A DNA stretch of 32,000 nt from Candidatus Thorarchaeota archaeon (GCA_008080745.1 SHMX01000001.1:210001-242000); one strand, 5' to 3'; shown: positions 17,081-26,891, numbered from the stretch's first letter. The notes: generated by a model not told the origin, from the sequence alone. Numbers and translations are program-made.

Positions 17081-19915
17081 ATGGACATTAGCAAGAGAAT
17101 AATCATTATCTTCGTTAGTGTGTCGCTGATTCCGATATTGTGTATATCGGCCCTTTCAGCATATAGCATCTTTAATGTATCAAATGAAAATGCAGGAGAT
17201 TCTGCTAATGCCCTCAGAAGTGAGGAGTTAGCAAATCTAGACAGATTATCAGATGATACTGCGCTCTTTATTGAAGAGAGGATGCAGAACTATATTGACG
17301 GAGTATTGATGATGGAGAAATATTGTGAGGATTTATTCAATAATAGATTGAATGCCTCACCCCAACATTCGTATTGGTGGGATTATGAAGAAGAGTTTGC
17401 TGAAACAGGTGAACTAGTGCCAAGTAGGCATTTTGAAGCAGATTATGATTCAAGTGACATCTCATTTGAAGTAAGCTGTTATTATATGCCCCGGGAGCAC
17501 TACGATACCCCCGGAGACCCGTTCGATCGAACAGCAGAAACTAATTATTTCATTGATATGTCGAGTAATATGGACAATGTTTTCAGGTCACTCCATGAGA
17601 TGAGTTCTGATTATATCTGGTTATACATGGGATTCAATCCAGATATCTGTGACAGCCATCTGTTTCGAAACTATCCATATGATAATCTCGAATACTTTTG
17701 GGATTACTATAACAATGGCAATGACTACGACCCAGTATTAGAGGACTGGTATTCGAATGCAGTAGATGCCACAGATGGGGAAGTAGCATTTACCAGCCCA
17801 TACGGAGATCCTTCAACTGGACTGGTAATATCAATGGGACGTCCAGTTCATTTTGATAATGGCACTCTTATTGGAGTGGTTTCAGCTGATGTTACACTTG
17901 ACACAATTCTTGCGAGTGTAGTTGACATCGAAGTCCTAGATACGGGATATGCATATCTCCTCAACTCCGATGGAAGTCCCCTCGCACATCCAGACATAAC
18001 AGATGAAGAACAGACTATCTACGAATTAGAGTTTGGTAGCTCAACGTCTTCTGAAGCTATAGCATTCGCAAATATCCTTGCAGATGCAGAGACACAGAGT
18101 ACTGGTCAGGTTGAGTTCACTAAGAATGGAGAACCTTGGATTCTTACATACAATCGAATTCCAAATACAGGATTCCTGCTTGCAATCGTGGTCCCCGTTT
18201 CAGAAGTGGTAGCACCGGCAAATGCAATTCTTGGACTTGTACTAGGACAAACTACAAACCTTACAATAATCCTTGGAGGAATTTTAGCAGTTGTAGCAGG
18301 TTGTGTCGCGTATGTGTCCTACAGACGAGCAAATTCGGTAGTTGAACCCATCGAGGAGATGACATCTCTTGTACAGAAAATGTCACGTCAAGATTTTACC
18401 AGAGGTATAACTGCTAAGGGAGCAATGTTTGAAGAAGTAGGAACAACCGTAGATGCATTGCTAAGTTTCCAAGAAGCATGCAGATTTGGTAATCAAGCCT
18501 TTGTCAGGGGTGATCTCAACAGAGCTCTGGCTAACTATCAGAATCTCTTGGAGATTAGCAGAAGATTGGATATCCCAGTTGGAGAACAGACCATGTGTTT
18601 GAATATTGGAAATGTCTTCCGTCAACGTGGAGATACTGGTAACGCAATCGAATACTATGAAAGAGCATTAGATATAGCAAAGGAACTTCTTGAGAAGGCT
18701 AAGATGGATGGTGCTGATGAGAGAGATGCAATGGTTCGCATTGGTTCCGTCTACCACAACCTCGCACTAGTCGAGATGGATAGAGGGAATTTCACCGAAG
18801 CACTCCAATATCTTCAGGATGCTGAAGCCATTGATCGAAGTCTCAGTAATGACAGGGGCCTAGCAAAACGATTTGATGCTATGGGTCTAGTCATGATGCG
18901 TCAACAACGTCACAGTCAAGCCCAATCAAAGTTCGATGAAGCTGAAAAGATGGCTAAACGTTCTGGATACGATAGGAGTCTGGCATACATCAACTTTCAT
19001 AGAGGAGAACTAAATGTGGACCAAGGCTTCTACGAGAAGGCTGAAGAATCCTTCAAGGCAGCAATAGACTATGGCAAAAGAGTAGAAGAATACGGTTTAG
19101 TTGTTCATGCACTCAGAGAGTTGGCTGATGTGATGGATAGACTAGGAAAACCAAGTCATGAGCTTCGTAGAGAGGCTGAGAGAATTCGAAGGTCCATGCA
19201 GTTCAAGAAGAGTGTCATCTTTGTGATCGATTACTCTGGAAGCATGCAGGCCCAAGGAAGGATAAAAGCAGCTATCACAGGTGCCAAAGAAATACTTGAC
19301 AGTCAGGTCAATCCCCAAGATGAGGTCAGTATCATTGTATTCAACAATACATACAGAGAAGTGCTACCATTAACCAAGAAAGGGGAATATCAAGACCCCG
19401 ATGACAGCCCAATAGTCAAAGCACTCGATTCCTTGAGATATCCAAACTACGCGACTGCATTTTATGACGCGTTGGGTAAGGCTCTACAAGAACTTGACAA
19501 GGTCGAGTCTAGTGAGCACCGTTGGATTATTGCCTTAACGGACGGACAGGACAACAGTTCAAAGATATTCTCACTTGATGCCCTAGAGGGAATCACTGAA
19601 AAGGATCGTTACAAGAAGAACCGACCTCTAACAATTGAGGGATACATTCGAGATAATCATCTAGATGTGAATCTCATCATCATTGGGGTTGGCGGTGAGC
19701 TGAAGTCTTATGTTGACAAGGAGATTGCTGGATCTAAAAGTGGTCGAATGACCTTTGAAGAGTTACTCATGTCAGTATGTGATAATATCCCACAGGGACA
19801 ATATCTCTCAGTAACAGATTCAATAGATGTACATTTGGATATACAGAAAGCATTCCAACAGGTTGGAGTCCTTATGGCACAACTGGAAGTTGGAGGGAGT
19901 ACTACAGACTACTAG
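17081..19915 (+). CDS. Two-TM receptor: dCache_1 - HAMP - TPR array - VWA (intact MIDAS)
   Basis: TM1 near the N-terminus; YDPxxxxWY...PYxD...GVVSAD dCache motif; TM2; EPIEEMT HAMP; TPRs (NIGNVFRQRGDTGNAIEYYERAL etc.); VWA FVIDYSGSM...TAFYDAL...LTDGQDN. Confidence 0.88.
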   Translation: MDISKRIIIIFVSVSLIPILCISALSAYSIFNVSNENAGDSANALRSEELANLDRLSDDTALFIEERMQNYIDGVLMMEKYCEDLFNNRLNASPQHSYWWDYEEEFAETGELVPSRHFEADYDSSDISFEVSCYYMPREHYDTPGDPFDRTAETNYFIDMSSNMDNVFRSLHEMSSDYIWLYMGFNPDICDSHLFRNYPYDNLEYFWDYYNNGNDYDPVLEDWYSNAVDATDGEVAFTSPYGDPSTGLVISMGRPVHFDNGTLIGVVSADVTLDTILASVVDIEVLDTGYAYLLNSDGSPLAHPDITDEEQTIYELEFGSSTSSEAIAFANILADAETQSTGQVEFTKNGEPWILTYNRIPNTGFLLAIVVPVSEVVAPANAILGLVLGQTTNLTIILGGILAVVAGCVAYVSYRRANSVVEPIEEMTSLVQKMSRQDFTRGITAKGAMFEEVGTTVDALLSFQEACRFGNQAFVRGDLNRALANYQNLLEISRRLDIPVGEQTMCLNIGNVFRQRGDTGNAIEYYERALDIAKELLEKAKMDGADERDAMVRIGSVYHNLALVEMDRGNFTEALQYLQDAEAIDRSLSNDRGLAKRFDAMGLVMMRQQRHSQAQSKFDEAEKMAKRSGYDRSLAYINFHRGELNVDQGFYEKAEESFKAAIDYGKRVEEYGLVVHALRELADVMDRLGKPSHELRREAERIRRSMQFKKSVIFVIDYSGSMQAQGRIKAAITGAKEILDSQVNPQDEVSIIVFNNTYREVLPLTKKGEYQDPDDSPIVKALDSLRYPNYATAFYDALGKALQELDKVESSEHRWIIALTDGQDNSSKIFSLDALEGITEKDRYKKNRPLTIEGYIRDNHLDVNLIIIGVGGELKSYVDKEIAGSKSGRMTFEELLMSVCDNIPQGQYLSVTDSIDVHLDIQKAFQQVGVLMAQLEVGGSTTDY

Positions 19916-19928
19916 GAGGTTGAAAAGA

Positions 19929-21383
19929 ATGGCACAAGGAATAGAAACCAAGAAGAAAGGAAGTTTTCAGAAGAATGTAATCATTACATTTCTGACGATA
20001 TCAATAATATCCCTTGCTGCAACTGGTGCAATCTCATTGGGCTTTGTCAACCTCATGGGAGACTATACTACAGTTGAGAGCACGGACGCGTTGGAGTCAC
20101 AGATCGAAACTAACATGGCGCTTACTGCACAGCAGAACGCACTTGTAATAAATCAAAAACTATCTAGCGCCGAGTCAATGGTTCTATCTATGGCTGAAGA
20201 ATGTGAGAGAATATTCTCTCCTGACTCAACATTTGAGCATAGAACAACATACTATGACTACTTCTTTGAGAATACAGAGGACGGTCCACATCCGAGTGAT
20301 GTTGCATTTGATCCTCGCTATGGTCTTAATGTATCTTGGACCTACAGTAGTTGGTATGTAGCTGGTTCAAACTCTACCAATTATGCAACCTATGAAACGC
20401 AGAATCAGGAACGCCTTGGACTGGTCTCCAACATGGACTATACATTCCAATCAATTCACAATCAGATGCCTGAATTTAGATGGCTTTACATTACCTTTGC
20501 AGATAATGGAATGTTCATCAACTATCCAGGTAGTGATTTGGGCGGCTCGGATCTTGCTCGAAACACAGAACCCTGGTATCCTACATTAGATGACTGGTAC
20601 ATCGAAATCGAGAATGGAGAGGGTGACATGGTTTTTGTCGACCCATATTACGATCCGATTGATCAGGTTCTGCTGATATCTATTGGGAAAGCCATCTACT
20701 TTGAAAATGGCACTCTCATCGGAATTATAGCAGGAGACATTACTATTGAGAGCATCAACGATAAAATCTTGGATGTAACCATTCTTGAAACAGGATATGC
20801 TTCATTGATTCTTCAGGATGGTTCAGTCATCGCTCATCCAGATTTGAGTCCCGAGGACTATGAATATGGATTGGTTCCTCTCTATCAGGTAGAAACAAAC
20901 ACTGATGCATCGAGGGCACTCTCACCAGATCAGATGGCCCAAATTACCTCGGGCCAGACAGGAATTCTTCGATACACCAAAGATGGAGAAGAGTATCTTC
21001 TTGCGTATACCTCAGTTGGCAAAGCAGGCTATATCTGTACAATATCGGTACCAGTCAGTGAAGTACTCGATGCTATTCCTGCTTTAGAGAACAGAATCGC
21101 TGAGGCTAATGTGGCAGTATCGACATTTATTATTGCCATAACAGTGGGAGGTATAATACTTGCAGGGGGTGCAGCAGTCGTAGTAGCCAGGCAAATAACA
21201 GGCCCTCTACAGTATCTGATGGACCTAGCAATGAAGAATGTCTCTGCGATGATCCAAGAAGCTCCTACCGACACCCTCGACCTTCAGGTGGATACCGAAT
21301 ACACTGGAAAGGACGATGAGATAGGAGAATTAGCCAGAGCGTTTCAAGGCATGCTGGATACTATTCGAGAAGACGAAATGTAG
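19929..21383 (+). CDS. Two-TM dCache_1 - HAMP protein with no output domain
   Basis: GGAGGT RBS before ATG 19929; TM1; WYPxxxxWY...PYYD...GIIAGD; TM2; ITGPL...DEIGELARAFQGM, then a stop 9 residues later. Confidence 0.88.
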   Translation: MAQGIETKKKGSFQKNVIITFLTISIISLAATGAISLGFVNLMGDYTTVESTDALESQIETNMALTAQQNALVINQKLSSAESMVLSMAEECERIFSPDSTFEHRTTYYDYFFENTEDGPHPSDVAFDPRYGLNVSWTYSSWYVAGSNSTNYATYETQNQERLGLVSNMDYTFQSIHNQMPEFRWLYITFADNGMFINYPGSDLGGSDLARNTEPWYPTLDDWYIEIENGEGDMVFVDPYYDPIDQVLLISIGKAIYFENGTLIGIIAGDITIESINDKILDVTILETGYASLILQDGSVIAHPDLSPEDYEYGLVPLYQVETNTDASRALSPDQMAQITSGQTGILRYTKDGEEYLLAYTSVGKAGYICTISVPVSEVLDAIPALENRIAEANVAVSTFIIAITVGGIILAGGAAVVVARQITGPLQYLMDLAMKNVSAMIQEAPTDTLDLQVDTEYTGKDDEIGELARAFQGMLDTIREDEM

Positions 21384-21395
21384 TGTAAAGGATGA

Positions 21396-23240
21396 GTGGA
21401 TGAGATGAGTACAGATCAATGGACAATCGAACGTTCAAAACTTGTCTATGGATTGGATCGCAATGATCTGCATTTCCTAGATATCGATGATGAAGGAAAT
21501 TTGCTCCTTCGCATTGGAGACCATACTATCTCTTTCAAAGAAATTACGGATCTAGTTAGAGAACAGAACGGTTCTTCCACTGGTTATACTTCGTCATTCA
21601 CTCTCCGTATGCCTCAACTGATTACATATCAGATGATGAAACTCAAAGCATCCTTTGCCCGTGCTATGAAGGAGGCTGATTATCAGGGCGAATTTAGTGC
21701 AGTCTACCCTGTGAAGGTAAATCAAAGGTATGATTGTGTTATGCCAGTACTTGCCTCAGATTCAAATTATGGGCTTGAGGCTGGTACTAAGGCAGAATTA
21801 TTCTTAATCAAGTCGGTGACCGAGAAAGAGAAACATCGGCTTATTATTTGCAATGGCGCAAAGGATCCCGAGTATCTGAAGAGTATTCAACAATGTGTAG
21901 AAGAGGGTTACAATCTCACTGTTTCAATTGAGTCATTCCACGAAGCAGAAATGATAGTAGAATTATTGGATCCTGAAAAATCCGCCATAGTTCTCAGAAT
22001 CAAGCCATATTTGATGGTGAGAGGGCATTGGTCACATTCAGCTGGGCGCGACTCCAAATTCGGACTTAGCATACATGACCTCTATGATGTGATTGAATTG
22101 TTGAAAGAGAAGGGTTTCACAAAATCAGTTACAACAATTCTAGGTCATGTTGGTTCACAGATTACAGCAATGGATGATTTTCATAAATTTGCCAAGTTCA
22201 TGGTACGAGTCTATCACGAAGTTCGAAAATTGGGTCTAACAGAAGTAAGAACTATAGATTTTGGTGGAGGTCTACCGATAGACTATACCAGTTCACATCC
22301 GCCAGACCTCATGAATCAATATGCTGATGCTTTAGTAGCTGGTATACTGGACGGAATTGAAGAAATGGGAGGGGAAATGAAACATCCCAACATACTCACC
22401 GAATCCGGTCGCGGAATAACAGCTTTAGGCTCAGCAGTAGTAGTGAAGATATTAGAGGTTCGCTCAGTATTTCCATCACCCTATCAAGAGATCAGTGAAA
22501 AACGTGATAATGAACGAGATGAATGCATTGCAAATATGAGAAAGGCTACATCAGTGGCCGAACTACTAGAATTATGGAGCGAATTTCATGCATTACACGG
22601 AACTTCCAATGGTTCTATGAGAGACCTTTTTGAAAATGAACTTCTGATTGGTGATGTACGAAGCGAACTCAGGAGACAGCTAGCCAGAATTGCTACTCCT
22701 GGCATTCGTCCAGAGAAGCTTGTAGAGAGCATCTGGCATCCAGATCACCTAGCAATCGGGAATTTTAGTGTCTTTAATGCTGCCTGTGACTATGTGCTTG
22801 TTAATCAGCACTTCCCCATAGTTCCAATTCAAGATCTACATGTCAGACCAGAAACCACTGTCAGACTCGTAGATATCACCTGTGATTCAGATGGTGAATT
22901 ATCACAATTTCATCGTAAAGGTGCAGGAGAAATTTGGTGGTCGAGAGACTATCGACCCTTGACCATGAGAACAGATGATATGGGACAGGGAATACCAGTA
23001 GGATATCTGAAGAATATCCAAGGCTCATATTTTGTAATCGGACTTACCGGTGCCTACCAGGATGTTATCGAGGCCGATCACAATCTACTGGGAGACTTGC
23101 CAGATGTGGAGATTGTAGTGACTGAAGAAGGAGACTGGAAGATTACTTGGACAGCTGGAGCTCAAAAGATGGAGGATCTGCTAGCAGATGCCGGATACGA
23201 AGGTTTTGATATTGACGAAGACCCCTATATGGCAGATTAA
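21396..23240 (+). CDS. speA: Biosynthetic PLP-dependent arginine decarboxylase (bacterial SpeA type)
   Basis: YPVKVNQ (PLP Lys), GLEAGTKAEL, CNGAKD, HVGSQI, DFGGGL, ESGR, DITCDSDG, GAYQD. Confidence 0.88.
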   Translation: MDEMSTDQWTIERSKLVYGLDRNDLHFLDIDDEGNLLLRIGDHTISFKEITDLVREQNGSSTGYTSSFTLRMPQLITYQMMKLKASFARAMKEADYQGEFSAVYPVKVNQRYDCVMPVLASDSNYGLEAGTKAELFLIKSVTEKEKHRLIICNGAKDPEYLKSIQQCVEEGYNLTVSIESFHEAEMIVELLDPEKSAIVLRIKPYLMVRGHWSHSAGRDSKFGLSIHDLYDVIELLKEKGFTKSVTTILGHVGSQITAMDDFHKFAKFMVRVYHEVRKLGLTEVRTIDFGGGLPIDYTSSHPPDLMNQYADALVAGILDGIEEMGGEMKHPNILTESGRGITALGSAVVVKILEVRSVFPSPYQEISEKRDNERDECIANMRKATSVAELLELWSEFHALHGTSNGSMRDLFENELLIGDVRSELRRQLARIATPGIRPEKLVESIWHPDHLAIGNFSVFNAACDYVLVNQHFPIVPIQDLHVRPETTVRLVDITCDSDGELSQFHRKGAGEIWWSRDYRPLTMRTDDMGQGIPVGYLKNIQGSYFVIGLTGAYQDVIEADHNLLGDLPDVEIVVTEEGDWKITWTAGAQKMEDLLADAGYEGFDIDEDPYMAD

Positions 23241-23275
23241 ATTGAAATATCTAACAAATATCTGGTTGTTATCCC

Positions 23276-24064
23276 ATGAGTGAAGATAAGTTTGCAAAGG
23301 TTAGAGAGCTGTTAAGGGGAAAGAGAGTACTTGTAGCATTCAGTGGTGGAGTAGATAGTACAGTCTTAGCAAAGATTGCGGAACAGGAGTCCAAAGAGGT
23401 TTTACTTCTCAATGTAATAATGCCTACCGCACCAAGTTTTGAGGCACAAAGAACAGAAAGCATAGCTGAAGAAATAGGGGCACCTCTTGAAATTGTAACA
23501 TTTGATTGGTTAGGTCATGACAAACTAGTTGCCAATGATGAAAAGAGATGTTACTTATGCAAATTAGAAATTGGCAAGCTCTGGTTAGAGGTTGCAAAAA
23601 AGAGAGAAATGGATCTGGTAATTGAAGGCACCACCGCAACAGAGATCGAAGGACATAGACCGGGAGCTCAAGCCCTTCGAGAGCTTGAGATATTATCCCC
23701 GTTTCTTGAAGCAGGTATAACAAAGGAGGAGATACGAGATTTTGCAAGACAGCACAATCTCTCAATTGCAGAACTACCATCAATGGCATGCCTAGCGTCA
23801 AGATTTCCAACAAATACACAAATTACTGCTGAGAAACTTAGAATGGTAGACAATCTTGAGAATGCAGTACGTAAGCTATTTGATGTAGAATGTGTTCGAG
23901 TAAGATATCATGAAGGTCTAGCTAGAATCGAGGTAGGAAAGGAAGAAAGGAATAAGCTATTTGGTGTACAAAAATTGGATGAGATTCACAAAATTGGAGT
24001 AGCTATCGGATTCAAGTACATAACGTTTGATGTTCGAGGTTATCAAACAGGTTCAACTAGTTAG
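23276..24064 (+). CDS. larE: LarE-like PP-loop ATP-dependent sulfur transferase (TIGR00268 type)
   Basis: AFSGGVDS PP-loop, RCYLCK, RPGAQA, PSMACLASRFP, RVRYH, ARIEV. Confidence 0.88.
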   Translation: MSEDKFAKVRELLRGKRVLVAFSGGVDSTVLAKIAEQESKEVLLLNVIMPTAPSFEAQRTESIAEEIGAPLEIVTFDWLGHDKLVANDEKRCYLCKLEIGKLWLEVAKKREMDLVIEGTTATEIEGHRPGAQALRELEILSPFLEAGITKEEIRDFARQHNLSIAELPSMACLASRFPTNTQITAEKLRMVDNLENAVRKLFDVECVRVRYHEGLARIEVGKEERNKLFGVQKLDEIHKIGVAIGFKYITFDVRGYQTGSTS

Positions 24065-25185
24065 CAGTCATTATTTTTACAGAACTCGTCAATTATGCCC
24101 TCATAATCATATATTGGGGAATCAACAATTCCGGCTTCTTTGTCAAAAAGAAACTTAAAATACTGGATAGGACCTTGACTTACTGAAACTGCAAATCCAA
24201 ATTTATACCAGTCTAGATGTGGTTTGAGTAAATGGAAGCCTCTAAGGAACTCGGACGCGTCATCGCCATAACATCGGACACGAAGTGCATAGACATCCCC
24301 AGACCCGTAAAGAATCTCTTTTGGAAATGGTAGATGTGAAAGCGCAGAGAGAACCTGATCTGGTTTATTTCGAACATGGAAGAAGCAATAAACTACCATG
24401 GGATTAATGGGTTCCTTGAAGAATAAACGATATCCTTTGATAATCCCCTCTTCTTCTAGACGTGATAAACGATTACTTACTTGGGTGCCTGAGAGGTCCA
24501 CCTTTTTACCGAGTTCAGTATAGGATATTCGTGCATCCATCTTTATGGTGGTCAGGAGTTCGACGTCAATTTCATCAAATTTAATGATTCCAGGATTTTT
24601 ATCAAACTTCAAGTCAACTAGATGTTCTCCCCCCAAGCATTGCTTAATTTCCGATATCCATGTTTCATGAGTCCAATCCCAAAGTCCATCATGATTCATA
24701 TACCTCAATTCTGGTTGAAATGAATGAAAATCTATAACCTCGTAGAAGAAGAAATCTTCAACAATTCCTCTATCTTTCAAGATCTCACAGGTTTTCTCTG
24801 CATCATTTCCACGTCCAACAGAAACTCCAAAATCCATCAACCAACCATTAAAACATCCATATACTGGACTGAGATAAGAAATATGAAATAGTGAATTGAT
24901 GAGGTTCATTGGAATAGGACCAAATTCAAGATTCTCCTGTAATATCAGACAGATATGTCGCATACCTAATTTTCGCTCATGTGTCATGGTATATAATTCT
25001 CGCAGATAGCCAAGGTCTCGCAAGCGGTTCAGTCTATATCGAACTGTCCGAGGAGATATATCGAGTTTTGTACTCAGTTGCTCTGCAGATATCTTCCCTC
25101 CACTCCTAGCCATCGCAATTAGAATTTTGAGGTCTTTTTCTGAAAGGTCCATTGGTAAATCACTATAGTAGTTCTCAAATGCCAC
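24061..25185 (-). CDS. Tandem Lrp/AsnC-type winged-helix transcriptional regulator
   Basis: Two HTH units: LSEKDLKIL...SPRTVRYRLNRL and FDEIDVELL...SYTELGKKVDLSGTQVSNRLSRLEEEGII. Confidence 0.85.
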   Translation of the reverse strand: MAFENYYSDLPMDLSEKDLKILIAMARSGGKISAEQLSTKLDISPRTVRYRLNRLRDLGYLRELYTMTHERKLGMRHICLILQENLEFGPIPMNLINSLFHISYLSPVYGCFNGWLMDFGVSVGRGNDAEKTCEILKDRGIVEDFFFYEVIDFHSFQPELRYMNHDGLWDWTHETWISEIKQCLGGEHLVDLKFDKNPGIIKFDEIDVELLTTIKMDARISYTELGKKVDLSGTQVSNRLSRLEEEGIIKGYRLFFKEPINPMVVYCFFHVRNKPDQVLSALSHLPFPKEILYGSGDVYALRVRCYGDDASEFLRGFHLLKPHLDWYKFGFAVSVSQGPIQYFKFLFDKEAGIVDSPIYDYEGIIDEFCKNNDC

Positions 25186-25337
25186 AAGAAGTAGTATATC
25201 TTAAACATATACTTTGGTAAACCAACCATAATAGTCGATTTGAATCGCGGAAAAAAATAGATTTATATTTGCCGTTTTCCAAATTTTTTCTGACACTTTG
25301 TGTTCAAATCCCCCTCGCCAAGAGGGGTGAACTACTA

Positions 25338-25637
25338 ATGGTGAAAAAAATGGCGACAAAAACCAAGCTCCCAAAGAGTGCAATTATTGTCTTAGACCAC
25401 CTCTCTCATAAGGGGCCTCAATCACCTCAGGACATTTCTTCTAGAACAAACATGCCACTTAGAACAGTTACATTTGCTCTAAAGAAACTACTAGGTGCAA
25501 AGTTTTGCAAACGAATACCTAATCTTCAGGACATGAGACGTCCGCTATATGCGATTAATAGAAGCAGGCATCAAGATGTTCGCGAAACTCTAGCAAGCGT
25601 GAGGGCTCGAGAAACGTTGAGACTTAAACGAGTCTAG
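25338..25637 (+). CDS. Small archaeal MarR-like wHTH regulator
   Basis: LPKSAIIVL...SPQDISSRTNMPLRTVTFALKKL...PNLQDMRRPLY. GAGGGGTGA RBS before ATG 25338; BRE/TATA-like AAAAAAA...TTTATATT at about 25251-25269. Confidence 0.85.
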   Translation: MVKKMATKTKLPKSAIIVLDHLSHKGPQSPQDISSRTNMPLRTVTFALKKLLGAKFCKRIPNLQDMRRPLYAINRSRHQDVRETLASVRARETLRLKRV

Positions 25638-26818
25638 AAGATACATATGAGCTCAGTTTGAGGACGAGAAAGAAATTCGCATCCATCTCTTGTAATCAGG
25701 ATGTTCTCTTCGAGACTAACTTGACCATGATTACTAGTAGTGACATACAATTCAAGAGTGAATACGTTACCAACTTCGATTTTTTGTTTTGGTAGGTCAC
25801 CATATCTTTCCCAAAGAGGGCCTAATAATGCACCACCATCATGGGCTTTTCGACCCACCTGATGTCCTAGAGCATGTTTATACTCCTCATAGCCTCGTTC
25901 CATTACATAATCACGAGCTATCGCATCTACTTCGTACCCCTTCAATCCAGGTTTGATATATTCTGCAGCAGTCTGAATTGCATCTCGTACAGTTACAAAT
26001 GCCTCTGTTACCTCTTCAGGTACTGTTTCGGGTGCTCCAAAAAAGAACATTCTTTGGAGATCAGAACAATATCCTTGATATTTCACACCAAAATCAAAAT
26101 GCAATAGATGACCGGATTTAGTAAGATTATCAGTTGGACCAGAATGCCCAAATGGTTTATTCGGTCCGGCATCAACTGCAGGATTATGATCCTCACTCCA
26201 AGCATTTTCTACATCATATTTTTCCATCTGTTGGTGAAACATATCATAGATGTATAGTTCAGAAATTCCCACGCGCAAAAACTTCTTGGCATAATCGTAA
26301 ATCTTCTCTGTGATATCTATAGCACGTTTAATCCGTTCCAGTTCGGTTGTTGTCTTTCTGCCTCTTAACCGGGTAATGACGTCCTCCGCAGATATCAATC
26401 TTTTTTGATAGGGTGTATCTTCTAGATAGTCCTTGAGTATCTCATACATGCCCACAGTCAAACCATCTGCTGCTACATTGTCCCTACTATAATTTATTGC
26501 AATAGAAGATGGTTCAACCTTCTCAATTTCATCCCGCAATAGCGAACTAATCCCTTTGTCATAGGTCATTATTTCGTCAAATACTTCTAGTGGTCGAATC
26601 CCATCAGCATCAAAGGTACCAACAATGGCCTTTCGCTCTCCTTCTTTGGTATACATCAATGCGGACTCCCATACTAGGTCAGCTCCTAAAACAAGTTCTA
26701 AAACGGGGTCCGCCACCTGAGAGGTTTCTCTCACCCAAACCAGCCACATATCAATATCCAATTCTTTTAGGATATCAGCAACTTGTTTGCTCTTCTCTTT
26801 TTGCACGGAATATGTCAT
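25634..26818 (-). CDS. Xaa-Pro aminopeptidase family (M24) peptidase
   Basis: HFDFG...CSDLQR, HALGHQVG...HD, FTLE, VSLEENILIT. Confidence 0.92.
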   Translation of the reverse strand: MTYSVQKEKSKQVADILKELDIDMWLVWVRETSQVADPVLELVLGADLVWESALMYTKEGERKAIVGTFDADGIRPLEVFDEIMTYDKGISSLLRDEIEKVEPSSIAINYSRDNVAADGLTVGMYEILKDYLEDTPYQKRLISAEDVITRLRGRKTTTELERIKRAIDITEKIYDYAKKFLRVGISELYIYDMFHQQMEKYDVENAWSEDHNPAVDAGPNKPFGHSGPTDNLTKSGHLLHFDFGVKYQGYCSDLQRMFFFGAPETVPEEVTEAFVTVRDAIQTAAEYIKPGLKGYEVDAIARDYVMERGYEEYKHALGHQVGRKAHDGGALLGPLWERYGDLPKQKIEVGNVFTLELYVTTSNHGQVSLEENILITRDGCEFLSRPQTELICIF

Positions 26819-26891
26819 GTTTCAACCACTAATATATAGATAGACTAATAGTTCAATAATAATTCGGTCATAGGTAGTTATCCAGAGGCTA

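Noticed and set aside
15560-19915. True integrin alpha/beta pair (FG-GAP propeller plus MIDAS VWA)
   Set aside because: The propeller lacks a signal peptide and TM, the VWA is predicted cytoplasmic, and no thigh/calf/EGF domains are seen. The resemblance is at domain level only.
24061-25185. Fused siroheme decarboxylase AhbA/AhbB (also a tandem Lrp-like fold)
   Set aside because: No HxYxR motif is visible and no heme-biosynthesis genes are nearby; a tandem Lrp/AsnC regulator is simpler.
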